From NCBI GenBank assembly GCA_000165345.1, contig CM000433.1, positions 576,001-640,000 of the forward strand: DNA of 64,000 nt, written 5' to 3'. Shown here piece after piece: positions 20,312-32,229 of the stretch. The position numbers and the translations under genes are program-made. The notes beneath the pieces are model-generated. The model made no database searches, had not been told where the DNA came from, and worked only from the letters and a program-made list of their open reading frames with translations. Numbering within the stretch: the first letter of the stretch is position 1; the number at the start of each line of letters is the position of its first letter.

Positions 20312-23300
20312 TTGCCGCAAGAAGAATACTTTAAAATGAATCTATCTCAATCTCGCTGTCCTTTTTTCCTAAAGGCAATTATTGCCTTTGGGTTCATTCT
20401 ACAGCTCTCATTTTGCCAGCTCGCTTCTTTAAACTATAGACCTGAAAGGTTGGAGCAACCTATAATTATTAGAAAAGCGCTTAGTAAAGAAATATGTCAT
20501 TTAAAAGAACTTGACGAAATGTCATATTACTGTGAACCTTTGGAAAATACTACCAATGCAGCTTATTTACAAATTGATTGTGAACTTATCTCTAAAAAAG
20601 ATAGTCAGTTTCTCATTCTTGGAGATTGTGATCAGTCCACCAATCTAAATGGCGATCTAGCTTCTTTAAATAACTGCAATAAATATCTTTGTGATATGGA
20701 AAGCAATCCTTTAAACCTTCTAATTGTTAAAGTCTCTGGAAAAACTGAATATTTTCATGCTATTGAACATTTTAAAAGAAATTTCAGATTTAAAGAATCT
20801 ACTCGAAGTATGAAGTTATCTCCTATTCCAGTTCATGTTTTATATAAAAAGTTTCAACTCTTTCCTGATTTTACCAACAAATCTACTCCATGGATCTCAC
20901 CATTCTATGGTAAATATCTTGCCTACTATATTGGATCTGAAGAACATATTCCAACCTTAGATTGGGTTATACAGAAATTTGATAATACTGTTTTTAAAAA
21001 TTTCTTAGAATTGAAAGATAAATATGAAATTCAAGATAAAGAAAATGATATTATTTCTACTTCTGAAACTGTTTACAGTATATCTTGGCTTATATCAACT
21101 ATTATTGAAACTTATTGGACTAGAGGTATTGATCAACAAACTATACAACAAAATCAATCATTTCATACTGAAACATCATCTTTTGATACTGGATTAACAT
21201 ACAGAACTTATTGTTCTTTAGATTTCTCATCTTTTATCTTTAATATGAAACAATATATTGATTTTGCTGCTAGGACTAATAATAGTCCATCTTATTTAAC
21301 TCATGAAATTAAAGATATTAGTAATGAAAATATTAAAGATATATTCTTATACTCAAGAATTGATTTGGATTCATTCTATCTTAACTATTCTCCAAATGAA
21401 ATCAGTTCTGATCATTCCAACTTATCTAATGATGAGTTATTCAATAAACCTTTTCCTTGTAATTCCAAGTATAAAAGTATTCAAAAGCTTAAAAAAACTG
21501 CTTTTGATGATTATTCCAGTAATAATGTCAAAAAATCTTTAGATTCTGATCTTTATAAGCTCAGTAAAACTGTTAATGAAGATATTCTTGTACTTGTTAA
21601 TATTATTTATGAACTTATTTCAAATTATATTATTGGAATTTATAAAAAGAATCCAATTCTTGTTGAATCTAGCGAAAGATTACAAAGATATTATAAGATA
21701 TACCAAAAATTATTCTCTAGAATTACTGAAATCAAGTTAGAAGTTGATAAAGTTTGTGGTAGAAAAGCTTTTAAAATCTACTCAAAGAATAATGATGGGA
21801 AGAAAACTATTATTAGCAGTAGTAGTAATAATAGTAATAATAATAATAATAATAATAACTCAACTAATGACAAAAATTCTACAAAGTCAAATAAAAATAA
21901 GCATTCAGACTTGGATGAAGAAAATATTTGCTCTTTAAGATATAGTATGGATGTTATTAAAAGATTGGAATCCATCTTCTTTTCAATTCATGAAAATTAC
22001 AGATATGTTGAACAATTGAGAAAAAATCAATTAAACTCTCCTGAATATCTTTTAAGATCAACTTATTGTTTCTCAAAGGCTCTTTTTGAAAGTAACTATA
22101 AAGATATACCTAATGAAACAATTATTAAAACAGTTTTAATTAATTCAATAATTTACAAACTTAAAAAAAGTACAAGTAAATCTATAAAATCTGAATGTCT
22201 TAAAGATCTTAGTAGTGGTGATCTTTCTTGGTTAGTAGATATTGAATCAAATTCACAAATTTGTGAAAGTTATTCAAATTGTATCTTTAATAAGGAATCC
22301 ATTAATCAAAGTGTAGAAATTTTTACTAAACTTAAAGAAATTGATCAAGAAGGAGGATTCCATGAAAAATTTGCATTAATTAAAGAAATGTGTATATATT
22401 CTGACAAGATTCTAGGACTAAGCTTAGCTAGAAATAAAGACACAGAGTCCAATAATATTGATTCTGATTTGACAAATTGTCAAGGATTTCGTCTTTTACA
22501 GCTTACACTTAGAACTAGTCAACTTCAACAAGAAGTTGTTGGATTCAAATTCAGAATTACTCTTGTGGACAAAATTGGTAATTCTTACTTTATACCAGAC
22601 TCCTCAACTGTTAACTATTTATTAATTAATGACTTTTGTATGGATCCTGAAATTACTCCATTAATTCAATGTAATTTTGATTGGGTAGCTTTTCAAAGCT
22701 TAGAAGAATTGAAAAAGTCAAGTAAAAAAGAGAATTATAAAAGGATTACAAACTCTATTGTATTACCAGATGGATATACTATATATACTCCTTTATACTT
22801 TAAAGAAACTACAGATATTGACTTTATTTCACTTTCAAATGGAGTATTGTTTGGCCGTATTTTAAGTTCTGAGACTAATCTTAATCCTAAGCTTAGACTT
22901 ACTTACTTTAATGGACTTCCATATCCATATCATATGAATAATGAGGATCTTAAAAGGAAGATTTGTGAAAAATCTCCAAACAAATTTACTTATAATCCAG
23001 AATATTCAAATCCTCAGAAGATATTGGTTTTGAAGATTAGTTATGAATCTAGTCCAATTTCTATAATAGTTGATGATGAATACTTTGAAAATAAGACATT
23101 GATAAGGAATTCTTTGATTTTCAAGGATAAGTTTTCTGTGATTGAAACACCAGGACTTTCAATACCTTTAACTCCTTGTATAATTCAGATTGAAAGTACT
23201 TTGAGATCAAAATCTCCTTGTAACTCAATACTTTTCCCTTATTTAATGATTCAAGAGTTTGTTAATCCTTTAGGAATTGAGAATAATAATGGGATTATTA

Positions 23301-26155
23301 ATGGTAATATTGTTAATAGTGGTACTATTAGTAGTAATAATAACAATAACAGTGATAAGAAGAATAAAAGTTCTTCTACTCCTATTAATACAATGGATGA
23401 TATCATTTATCCAACAAATCTGGAAGGTGTATTAGAAAAGATACTTGAAATTGAGCCTTTAGCTTTAAACTTTATTGTTTCTGGTCGTGGTTATAAATTT
23501 CTAAAGATGATTTTAAAGTCGAATTATTATCTTGGATATCACTTTTTAACAACTTTAGTAACTTTTTGGACAGGTGGTTCCAAATTCCGTCAACATTGTG
23601 ATATGCATCCAGGAAACATTCTTACAAGATTTCCCTCTAGTTGGAAAAAGTATAAATGGGAGAAATATTTAAAAAGTGTTTTAGATCACATAGATCAGAG
23701 ATACTTTTCTATTATTGATGTTGATTTTTCTTATGAAAGTGAAATGAAGATTACAAATTTGGAAGAAGATATTGAGAGACTTCCTGATAAGGACCCATGT
23801 AATCATCCTTCAGTAATAGAAAATAATAGTCAAGTATCTAGGAATGATTATGAGAGAATTATGTGTTTCTTTTGTGATTCTCATATGTCTCTTGAAACAT
23901 TTACTGAAGTAATTTCAAATTCTTATCCTTCCAAGACAGTATATTATGATCTTTCAACACATTATGAAGATATTATGAGAATTCACAATTATACAATGAA
24001 TTATTGTGAAAAAGCAAAGAAAATGATAAATGAATTAAAAGAGAGAGGGGAGGATGATCTTGCAACAGGGTTTAAGATGATCCAAAGCTTAAGAAAAGTG
24101 ATATGGAATTCAATTCTTGGACTTGATGGATTTGATACAGTTTCGGTTTCAGGTAATGAACTTGAAAACAATGATTTATTTAGTAGGTTTTTATTTTCAG
24201 GTTCAGGACCAAGTTTAGAATCTTGGTTATCATTACAAAAATCATCAGAATTAAAGAATAAGAAGGAATTAATAACAACAAGGAATTTAAGAAGAGGAGA
24301 TTCAATGATGGATAATGAGAACTCGTCTTTATATAATAATGATGATTTAAAGGAATCAGTTTTAGTAGAAAAGGGTCTTTCTTTACCGGTATTCCCAGAG
24401 AGAATAATGCCAGGAATGACTTCATCAATTCCAGAGCAGAGTTTAAGTTTTTACTGTATTGCAATATCAACAAGAAAGCTCTTAAACTCTCCATCATTAA
24501 AATTTACAGATCTTGTAAACTTTTTATTACAAAGATCATCATCTGAGGGATATATAAGAAAGATTCATTTTGGATCAAGTTTTGAAGAATTTGAATCAAC
24601 AAGAAGTAAATTAGAATCTGTGGAGCATTCAAAATTAGCATGTATGGAGAATTATGAAAATAAAAGGATTGTAATGGAAATGATACCATTAATATATTCA
24701 AAAGCTGATATGGTTTGTCCGAAAGATATTTGTACAAGTGTTAAACATTATGATATTTTTGAATCAATAGTATTAGTTTATAGATACCGTTTGAGTCATT
24801 TAATTTCAACAGCTTATCATTTGGGAGATACTTATAGTAATTTTGAAGACCAAATGTTAAGTATTAAAGTTTGGATGGTAGAGAGAAAGAATAAAATAGG
24901 TAAGAATGGTTTAGATTCAAGCATAGCAGAGAAGAAGTTATTGAAATTAAGTGAAGAACAGATAAATTCTATATTAGAGCTATATCACTTTTGTATAAGA
25001 GATAGGTTTTACAGTTCTTTATCTTATGGTCAATTAAAATGTAAAACAATACCAGAATTTGAAAAGTATGGAGAAGATTCGAATGGATTATTAATTTTGG
25101 AATTATCATCAATTTCTGATAGATCTTCAAGTAATATATTATTTCCATGGATTTACAATAGTGATTTTTCAATATTTGAATCAGAATTTTCATTTAAAGA
25201 TGTGAATGGTATTTCTGTGATTGGTATTGTAAGACCTTTTGAACAAGGAGAGGGAATAGAGAATAATAATATAAAGGAAAGAAAAGTGTTTATACATAAA
25301 GGAGGTAAATGCATTTACAATTATAATTCAAGAATAGATGAATATAAGGCTCCTCCAAGTATTACAAACAAGATTTCAGAAGGACATGAACATTTATACA
25401 GAAATAGTTTTATTGGATATGATAAGATGGAAATAAATAGTTTGACAGTTTTTACATTAGATGAAGGTAAAAGAATAAGTTTTTATTCTTGGGTTAAAGG
25501 AATAATGAATGCAAGTACAGGTTTTTTTCAAGAGAAAGATTTAGGATTGTCAGGAATGGGTTTTTCTTCAATAAAGAAGAATTATCAGATTGAGTTAATA
25601 ATTCTAGTTGGTTTTGTTGTGAAGACATTTAAGTCAATTTGGATTCCAAATCCAGAATGTAAGCATTATAGTAAGTTTAAGACTGTTTGTTTCCCAATGT
25701 TTTGTGGTCTGTCAAGCAAGAATATTATTTTAAATGTTGGTGATAACAGAAGAATTAGAGGGGTGAAGTTTTTATTTGGGCAAGATATTAAAGTAATAAA
25801 TGCATATAATGATGTTACAAGTTTAAATTCCGAAGGCTCAGGATTTCAGTTGAATAAAGAGAAATCAAAATCTGAGCTTGAGGAGTTAGTTAGTCTAAGC
25901 CATATTTTGCCACATTATTGTTTTGGCAATAATGATCAAGTTAATGATATGATAGCAGTTGCATCAACTTTAGAGTATTTAACTACAGTAATTGCTACAG
26001 ACGGTGCTTTGGACCCTTTAAAGTTATTTTCTTCAAATGTTGGCGATGTCTATTATAGGTACTTTAATATGACATTGGAGGAAATTTTAGGTCAAGTAAA
26101 TAGATTTTGCGATATATTGCAAGCTTATTCAGGGTCAAAGAGCCGTGTATGTTAG
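20312..26155 (+). CDS. large hypothetical secreted protein (1947 aa), Cys- and Asn-rich
   Basis: Uninterrupted 5.8 kb ORF. The signal peptide starts at the second Met, MNLSQSRCPFFLKAIIAFGFILQLSFCQ. It has poly-N/S insertions and I recognise no domain. Confidence 0.8.
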   Translation: MPQEEYFKMNLSQSRCPFFLKAIIAFGFILQLSFCQLASLNYRPERLEQPIIIRKALSKEICHLKELDEMSYYCEPLENTTNAAYLQIDCELISKKDSQFLILGDCDQSTNLNGDLASLNNCNKYLCDMESNPLNLLIVKVSGKTEYFHAIEHFKRNFRFKESTRSMKLSPIPVHVLYKKFQLFPDFTNKSTPWISPFYGKYLAYYIGSEEHIPTLDWVIQKFDNTVFKNFLELKDKYEIQDKENDIISTSETVYSISWLISTIIETYWTRGIDQQTIQQNQSFHTETSSFDTGLTYRTYCSLDFSSFIFNMKQYIDFAARTNNSPSYLTHEIKDISNENIKDIFLYSRIDLDSFYLNYSPNEISSDHSNLSNDELFNKPFPCNSKYKSIQKLKKTAFDDYSSNNVKKSLDSDLYKLSKTVNEDILVLVNIIYELISNYIIGIYKKNPILVESSERLQRYYKIYQKLFSRITEIKLEVDKVCGRKAFKIYSKNNDGKKTIISSSSNNSNNNNNNNNSTNDKNSTKSNKNKHSDLDEENICSLRYSMDVIKRLESIFFSIHENYRYVEQLRKNQLNSPEYLLRSTYCFSKALFESNYKDIPNETIIKTVLINSIIYKLKKSTSKSIKSECLKDLSSGDLSWLVDIESNSQICESYSNCIFNKESINQSVEIFTKLKEIDQEGGFHEKFALIKEMCIYSDKILGLSLARNKDTESNNIDSDLTNCQGFRLLQLTLRTSQLQQEVVGFKFRITLVDKIGNSYFIPDSSTVNYLLINDFCMDPEITPLIQCNFDWVAFQSLEELKKSSKKENYKRITNSIVLPDGYTIYTPLYFKETTDIDFISLSNGVLFGRILSSETNLNPKLRLTYFNGLPYPYHMNNEDLKRKICEKSPNKFTYNPEYSNPQKILVLKISYESSPISIIVDDEYFENKTLIRNSLIFKDKFSVIETPGLSIPLTPCIIQIESTLRSKSPCNSILFPYLMIQEFVNPLGIENNNGIINGNIVNSGTISSNNNNNSDKKNKSSSTPINTMDDIIYPTNLEGVLEKILEIEPLALNFIVSGRGYKFLKMILKSNYYLGYHFLTTLVTFWTGGSKFRQHCDMHPGNILTRFPSSWKKYKWEKYLKSVLDHIDQRYFSIIDVDFSYESEMKITNLEEDIERLPDKDPCNHPSVIENNSQVSRNDYERIMCFFCDSHMSLETFTEVISNSYPSKTVYYDLSTHYEDIMRIHNYTMNYCEKAKKMINELKERGEDDLATGFKMIQSLRKVIWNSILGLDGFDTVSVSGNELENNDLFSRFLFSGSGPSLESWLSLQKSSELKNKKELITTRNLRRGDSMMDNENSSLYNNDDLKESVLVEKGLSLPVFPERIMPGMTSSIPEQSLSFYCIAISTRKLLNSPSLKFTDLVNFLLQRSSSEGYIRKIHFGSSFEEFESTRSKLESVEHSKLACMENYENKRIVMEMIPLIYSKADMVCPKDICTSVKHYDIFESIVLVYRYRLSHLISTAYHLGDTYSNFEDQMLSIKVWMVERKNKIGKNGLDSSIAEKKLLKLSEEQINSILELYHFCIRDRFYSSLSYGQLKCKTIPEFEKYGEDSNGLLILELSSISDRSSSNILFPWIYNSDFSIFESEFSFKDVNGISVIGIVRPFEQGEGIENNNIKERKVFIHKGGKCIYNYNSRIDEYKAPPSITNKISEGHEHLYRNSFIGYDKMEINSLTVFTLDEGKRISFYSWVKGIMNASTGFFQEKDLGLSGMGFSSIKKNYQIELIILVGFVVKTFKSIWIPNPECKHYSKFKTVCFPMFCGLSSKNIILNVGDNRRIRGVKFLFGQDIKVINAYNDVTSLNSEGSGFQLNKEKSKSELEELVSLSHILPHYCFGNNDQVNDMIAVASTLEYLTTVIATDGALDPLKLFSSNVGDVYYRYFNMTLEEILGQVNRFCDILQAYSGSKSRVC

Positions 26156-26587
26156 TTTGTTGACGATTATGTTTTCTGAATAGAAATAGCCAATTATTTA
26201 ATTTTGCTTTGGTTTTAAATTGGGCGGGCATATTTTGGATTTGTTAATTTTCTTTAAATTTTTTAGAAATATATTGAATTTTGGAGGAGTTGGGAGGGAT
26301 AGATTTTGAATGTTTTGGTTGTTTGTAACGATATGGGATTAACTTTTATGTTTTTCTCTTTCTCTTAAGGTTTTAGGATTTTTAGAATACTAGAATTTAT
26401 GGAGTTTGAACTGTTGCAAATATTATTACCTGGCACTACAAGAAGAAAGTAGAGGGGGAAAACAAAAATGAATCTTCATGATATATGTCATTTTTCTAAT
26501 TTCTAGATTGAGAAAATTTACCGTTACTTTTTTAAATCCATTTTAAGTAATAATTTACATGGTATTTTCAATCTTGTAAAAATAGAC

Positions 26588-26602
26588 AGTTTGGCGCCAC
26601 AT
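26588..26602. promoter_or_regulatory. E2F-like box (agtttggcgccacat), with a second box at 26221 (tgggcgggca), upstream of the 26745 gene
   Basis: Motif reading. A (TA)n microsatellite at 26594-26620 is adjacent. Confidence 0.45.
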
Positions 26603-26744
26603 ATATATATATATATATATATATATTTTTTTTCATTAAGTATAATGCAAACTTGACAATATTAAGAAAGAGGTTAATACATGTATATATTATAAATATA
26701 TAAAAATATTTGCATATATATTTTCTTGAAAAAGAAAAGAAAGA

Positions 26745-28672
26745 ATGAAGTTAAACAAAAGTTCAATAATGACTTTTGCAATCATTATAGTTGTTCTGGT
26801 AAGTTAATATGGGATTAGAAAAGAAATCTTTTTTTTTTTTTTTTTTTAACAATTTGTTCATCAATGCATGCAAATTTAATTGCATGTAATTTCAAACAAA
26901 ATGTTCACAATGCCGGTATTGCATTAAATATATGGTGAAGATTAGATTTGCATGCACTGAAGAATATGTTTCAAAAAAAAAAAAAAAATATGAAAAATAT
27001 ATGACGTTAATTCCTTTCATTTCTTCTTTCTTTGTTTAAATAGGGAATAATAAGCAGAATAGTTGACTCAACAGTTTCAGAAAATGAATTAAGAGTAAGA
27101 AATATTGGAATTGAAAAGCGAAATAATTTGGAAAGTACTTTCATAAGTGAAAATGATGAAAACGCAAAGAAATATAATGAAGAATTAGAGCTGGAATTGG
27201 AGGCGTTTAAAGTGGCATCAGAACTCAGTACATCATTTATTAAAAAGATTCCTCAACAATTTAAAGATTTTTACAGAAAATCAGATGGAACAGCAGAAAG
27301 TATGTATAAGAATTGTATTTATGGATTCTTATTGTTAACTAAAAATGGAAAAGTTTCTCCAATTCTATATGTTAGAACATTAGTTTATAAGCTTGGAAAT
27401 AGGTATTATTTTGATTTAGGAGAAATTCAAGATGAGAAAGAAAGAGAAAATGCTAAACTTGTTAAACTACAAGTTGGACAAGCAATACACTTATTTTGTA
27501 TGAAAGGATCAAGCCTATTTTATTCCAGAGATGAAACAAAACCTTTAGATAGTAAGATTAAAAAAGAGTTGGCTAGATTAGAAGAACAGGAGCAGGAACA
27601 AGAACAAGAACAAGAACTAGGGCAAGAACATCAAGAAAGGTTAGATGATAATATTAAAGAAAGACCAGAAATGGTGGAAATAATGTTATATTTGACAGAA
27701 TTGCTGGATAGTGAGATTTTAAGTGTTGAGATTGATAAAGCAATGATGAATGGAAGAAGAAAAGAAATAAAGGATATTTGGAAGATTGGAAAAGAAAGAA
27801 GATTAGATCAAGAAAAAATTAACGAGTATAAGAATATGGTCAAATTGATTCGAATTCCCCTTCCAGAATCACGACTTAGAGATAGATATGGCCAAATACA
27901 TCATCCTGATTCAGAAAATAAACTTGGAGTCCCAACAAGAATCCAAAAAGAAAGTGATAAAATAAAATCAAAATTGAATCAAATTAAAAGAGATGAGAAC
28001 ATTCTTATGGGAGTAGGTAATGAGAGATTTGTTGATTATGAGAGAAGAAAGTATTTAGAAGCAGCTTTAAAGAGAAATCAAAAACTTAGTTTTGAGAAAA
28101 ATAAACAAATAATTTCAGATAGGAGAAATGAGGATAAACAAGACGAAGAATCCAGATTAAAATGCGAATGTGAAGAAGAAGAATGTGAATGTAGGATTGT
28201 TGGTCTTTATGGAGAGGTTTTAGGTAAGCCTGTATCAATAAAACTTGAAGAGGAACTTTTTAATGATCATCAAATTTTTGGAAACAAAAATAAGAACCGA
28301 AAAAATGAAATCAAGCATTTTAAAGGATTAATAACTGGAACAAGAGAAGAAAACAGAAAGTATAAAGGTAATAATGAATATCAAGATAATTCTACCGGCT
28401 CAAATTTGAGAAGAAAGTTACATGTTCCAAATAGTTACATTGAGATTCCTCTTAGAGGTTTATCTAAACTTCAATTATTAACACTTGAGCAACTTTCTGG
28501 GATTGATATTAATACAAGAAGCTCAACACAATTTTTACCAAGAATTAAGAAAATTAATCATGAAAAAAACATTAAAGTATCAGAATCAGTACCTATTAAT
28601 GAAGATGATAAAGGTTCTTCTATAAAGAAACCAAAAAGTATTTTACATAATAGAAACAGAAACTATATTTAA
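26745..28672 (+). CDS. hypothetical secreted, charged/coiled-coil protein; predicted two-exon gene join(26745..26798,27044..28672)
   Basis: Exon 1 (MKLNKSSIMTFAIIIVVL) is a signal-peptide start that ends exactly at a GTAAGT donor. The AAATAG acceptor at 27041-43 puts exon 2 (GIISRIVDST...) in frame with the long ORF 27128-28672, which itself lacks an ATG. That ORF contains an EQEQEQEQEQE tract and is K/E/R-rich. If the intron call is wrong, the CDS is 27128-28672 only. Confidence 0.5.
26799..27043 (+). other. predicted 245-nt intron containing TGCATGCA / TGCCGGTATTGCAT motifs
   Basis: It has GTAAGT at the 5' end and TTTAAATAG at the 3' end, and it contains T18 and A16 homopolymers. It also contains aatgcatgcaaatttaattgcatgtaat, aatgccggtattgcatt and ttgcatgcac. 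Confidence 0.45.
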
Positions 28673-29231
28673 CTAACTTAAATAAAGAAGCAAAACCTCA
28701 TCAATTTTGACTTGAATAACGATATTTATAAGTTTCTAGAAGATCAGCATAATTTATGTTAAATCTTTCAATAAGTTCTAATATTAATATTAATTTTATA
28801 TTTCAAAGCTAAAATCAACCTTGGATGATTTTTTTTTTTTTCAAAATCTCTATTTAGAATCAAGGCAGATAATTATTTACACTAAAATGAATCATTTTCA
28901 CAAACAATCATTTTGAAATAAATAAAGTAAGGATAATTAATTGATCACTTTTTTTTAAAAAAATATATATATTAATATTTAATTCATTTCCTTCATTTTA
29001 TCATAAATGATCATTTAAATTGAATTAACAAATAAAATAATCAAGAAAGATCATTTTCTTTATCGATTTATCTCGAGATTTCTTTTTATTCAATTGACAA
29101 ATATTAAATATTGATCAAATTTATTCAAATTATTGTTTTAACACGTTTAAATGAATTTTATTACGTGTCTATCATTATTTATTTATTATCTAAGGAACTG
29201 CATGTAATTTATTATTTTTTCTGCTTGTGCA

Positions 29232-29245
29232 GTTGGCGGGAAATC
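29232..29245. promoter_or_regulatory. E2F-like box (gttggcgggaaatc) 155 bp upstream of the 29401 gene
   Basis: Motif reading. Confidence 0.45.
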
Positions 29246-29400
29246 ACAATGTCTAAAAATGAAAATTGGGTATTCAGTTTTAAAAGAAAACAAATATATA
29301 ATATATTGCATATATATATTAATTGAAAGCGAATGAAAAACTAAAAGTATTCGATGAAAATTTTGTCAATTAATCTAATTCACGAAGATAATTAAAAATA

Positions 29401-30939
29401 ATGAGTCAGAGTACACTTTTTCATAAGAGTGTATTGATTTTCTTTATTGTAACTATTTTCTATGGGTACCAAATAAAGTTATTAGAGTGTGCAACAGCAA
29501 ATTCCGATGTTTCGGAACAGAATAACCCAAATAGCATGCCAAGTGCAATAAATACTAGGCATGCAACGAGTCTTTATGAAAACTTGGTACCAAAACATCC
29601 TCAAACTTCAACATCTTTACTATATGGAAGAATGAAAGTACGTAATTGGCTTTATGTAACAAGGCGAAATAAGGAGGTGGGGGCATTAAGATATGGACTT
29701 AATAATGATGATATGCATGTAACAATTCAGATGTATGTTAACAACTTGAAGACTCACATTCCAGTTCAAAAGACTTATTTACATGAAAGAAGAGGTAAAG
29801 CAAGAAAATATAAAAGAAAATATATGTATTGGATTTGGAGACGTTGGAGATATTTACTTTCAGCAAAGGAGAGAATGCCAATATTAGTTGAAGATAAAGA
29901 TTTGAAGCAAATGCCAATAGATCCATTAGAAAGAGTTTATAGCTATGCGGTAAATATTATAGAGGTTCCAAACGCATTTTATTTAGAACAGGTACATTGT
30001 ATGTATACTGGTATTAAACCATTTATTAATGGTATTTTACCAAGTTATTCTTTACAAGATTTAATTGGAGCTTCTCTTTATTCAATAGGACCGGATGGAA
30101 TATTTAAGGATTATTTCTGTATACAAGCAATAAATTTATGGAGTGATGATCAAATAGTACCAAATGCTAATGCAATTTGTGAAAGAGCAAAGAAATGTTT
30201 AGATAATCGTGAAATAAATGAAAGAAAGACAAAACAACTATTTAATGAGTATGTGAATAAAATTTCCGTGATATATTCAAATAAAAGGTTTATTGGAGCA
30301 GATTCTGGATATACTTTTGCATCAAATGCATTCTTAGAAATGGTACAAATATTTCATGAATTAGAAGCACATAAACGTCCTGACTATATTGAGAAGCTTT
30401 TTGTAATTGTTAGATCAATAAGATTTATGATTTATGCAAATGAATTATTACTAAGATCAGGAGTTAAAAATAAAGCAGTTTTCAAAGCCCCAAATGTTTC
30501 AGATGTTATTCAATATTCAGTATTTAGAGTTGATCCAGTTTCTATGATAAGGTTTTGTGTTGCTCATTTTATAACAACAAGGTTCAAGTTTAGAAAGAAT
30601 ATGGGTATTGCTGTTATTGAGGAAGCATGCGCTCATAGTTTAAGTTTTGGATTTATTGATGATACAGGTCAATTACCCCGTGGTGTAACAAAATCTAAAG
30701 CTAGAGAAATAATTTATCAACATTTTTCAACTTTAGAAGAAGAGGAAGAACATGGTGACAATTTTGTTTTGATACATTCTCAGGATCAAAACATCTCTAT
30801 TGATGAGAAAGGTAATATTAGTAGAAATACAAAGAAAAAGGCAGAATTAGAAGATATTCAAGAAGCTGACGAAGAAAGTAATGAAGAGCTTGAAGATGAG
30901 GAGAATTGGAATACTTTTGTTAATCAATATATTGAGTAG
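29401..30939 (+). CDS. hypothetical secreted protein (512 aa) with an acidic C-terminus
   Basis: The ORF has a signal peptide, VLIFFIVTIFYGYQIKLLECATA. The E/D-rich tail is EEEEEHGD...EDEENW. Confidence 0.75.
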   Translation: MSQSTLFHKSVLIFFIVTIFYGYQIKLLECATANSDVSEQNNPNSMPSAINTRHATSLYENLVPKHPQTSTSLLYGRMKVRNWLYVTRRNKEVGALRYGLNNDDMHVTIQMYVNNLKTHIPVQKTYLHERRGKARKYKRKYMYWIWRRWRYLLSAKERMPILVEDKDLKQMPIDPLERVYSYAVNIIEVPNAFYLEQVHCMYTGIKPFINGILPSYSLQDLIGASLYSIGPDGIFKDYFCIQAINLWSDDQIVPNANAICERAKKCLDNREINERKTKQLFNEYVNKISVIYSNKRFIGADSGYTFASNAFLEMVQIFHELEAHKRPDYIEKLFVIVRSIRFMIYANELLLRSGVKNKAVFKAPNVSDVIQYSVFRVDPVSMIRFCVAHFITTRFKFRKNMGIAVIEEACAHSLSFGFIDDTGQLPRGVTKSKAREIIYQHFSTLEEEEEHGDNFVLIHSQDQNISIDEKGNISRNTKKKAELEDIQEADEESNEELEDEENWNTFVNQYIE

Positions 30940-31747
30940 TTTAAACTGACCTTTTGATTTTGTCAGCATATTAGAAATGTATATTTTTTTTTTATTATTT
31001 TTGTATTTCTAATAAGTCTACGAACTCCAAACTAATTCTTGTAATTAAATGAGTGTTAATTAGATAATTAAATAAATGTTCTGGAAATAAATTTAATATT
31101 AATGCAATATTTATTCATCTTCAAATAATTTCTTTTCCACATGAAAAAAAGTGTATGCATGCAAATACCGGTATTGAAGTTGATAATATTAGTAATTTTT
31201 TTCCACATAAAATTACTAAATACAGTTAATTACATGCAATCACCACTTGCAATAATCAGAAAGCAAAACATTTTTTCTCTTTAATTTATATAAGGAATTA
31301 ATAACAAAAGGGTTTTCGCAAGGAATATATTATAAAAAAATGTTAGATTTTAATTATATAATTATAAGAGGATTCCCATTGGTTCTGCTTGCTCAAAGTT
31401 TTTATTCAAATTAAAGTAAGATAAAATTACGAGTTTTCAATATATGCGGACTAATGGATGAAAGAGTAAATTATACAAGCTTTTATCAGTAAATTTCAGT
31501 TAAGCCGTAATTAGATAATTCAAAGTGGGTTATAATACAAAATCAATACTAGCGAATAATCCGCAAATTCAATTGCTATTAAATTGATAAACAGCTTATG
31601 TTCAACTAATAATAGCAAGACATAACAAAGAGTGGTTAATAATATTTTATGAATAATAAAGAAATTCTATCGACAAAATATATTAATAATACAATTGTGA
31701 GCTTAATAAAATATACATTTTTTAATAAATCAGATAATGTATGATAA

Positions 31748-31860
31748 AATAAATATAAATAAAGTATAAATATATATATATAAATATTTATGTATAAATT
31801 TATAGTTATATTAATATTAATAAATATATATATTTATACTTTATTTATATATAAATATAC
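31748..31860. repeat. AT-rich imperfect inverted repeat (about 35-bp arms, about 30-bp spacer) in a 1.3 kb gene-free interval
   Basis: aaataaagtataaatatatatat at 31760-31785 is the reverse complement of atatatatttatactttattt at 31822-31845. The flanking (ataaat)n repeats extend the arms. Confidence 0.6.
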
Positions 31861-32229
31861 AAATACATGCATTAGGCGCCTTGGGCAGAATATTTAAATT
31901 GTCAAACTTGGGAGTTTTATAGTAAAAACAAGACAAGGCCGTCAAAATATATTGGAAAACCTTCTGAAAGTGAATCCTGAATATTTCAGAATAATCAACT
32001 TCAGAGTCGAATAATATTGCTGTCTTTGGGTATTCTATTCATTCTTCAATGATGCCATAATTACATATTGTAAATATTTGAAGTAAAGCAAATCAATTTA
32101 CTAACTGAAAAAAAAAGGAGCAAACAATCATTCAAGATAATAAGAAAAGAAAGAGTAATTAAAACAAATTCTTTCTCACATAAAAGAAACCATTTATTTA
32201 TTTTGACTTTGAAGCTGCAAGTTGTTTAA

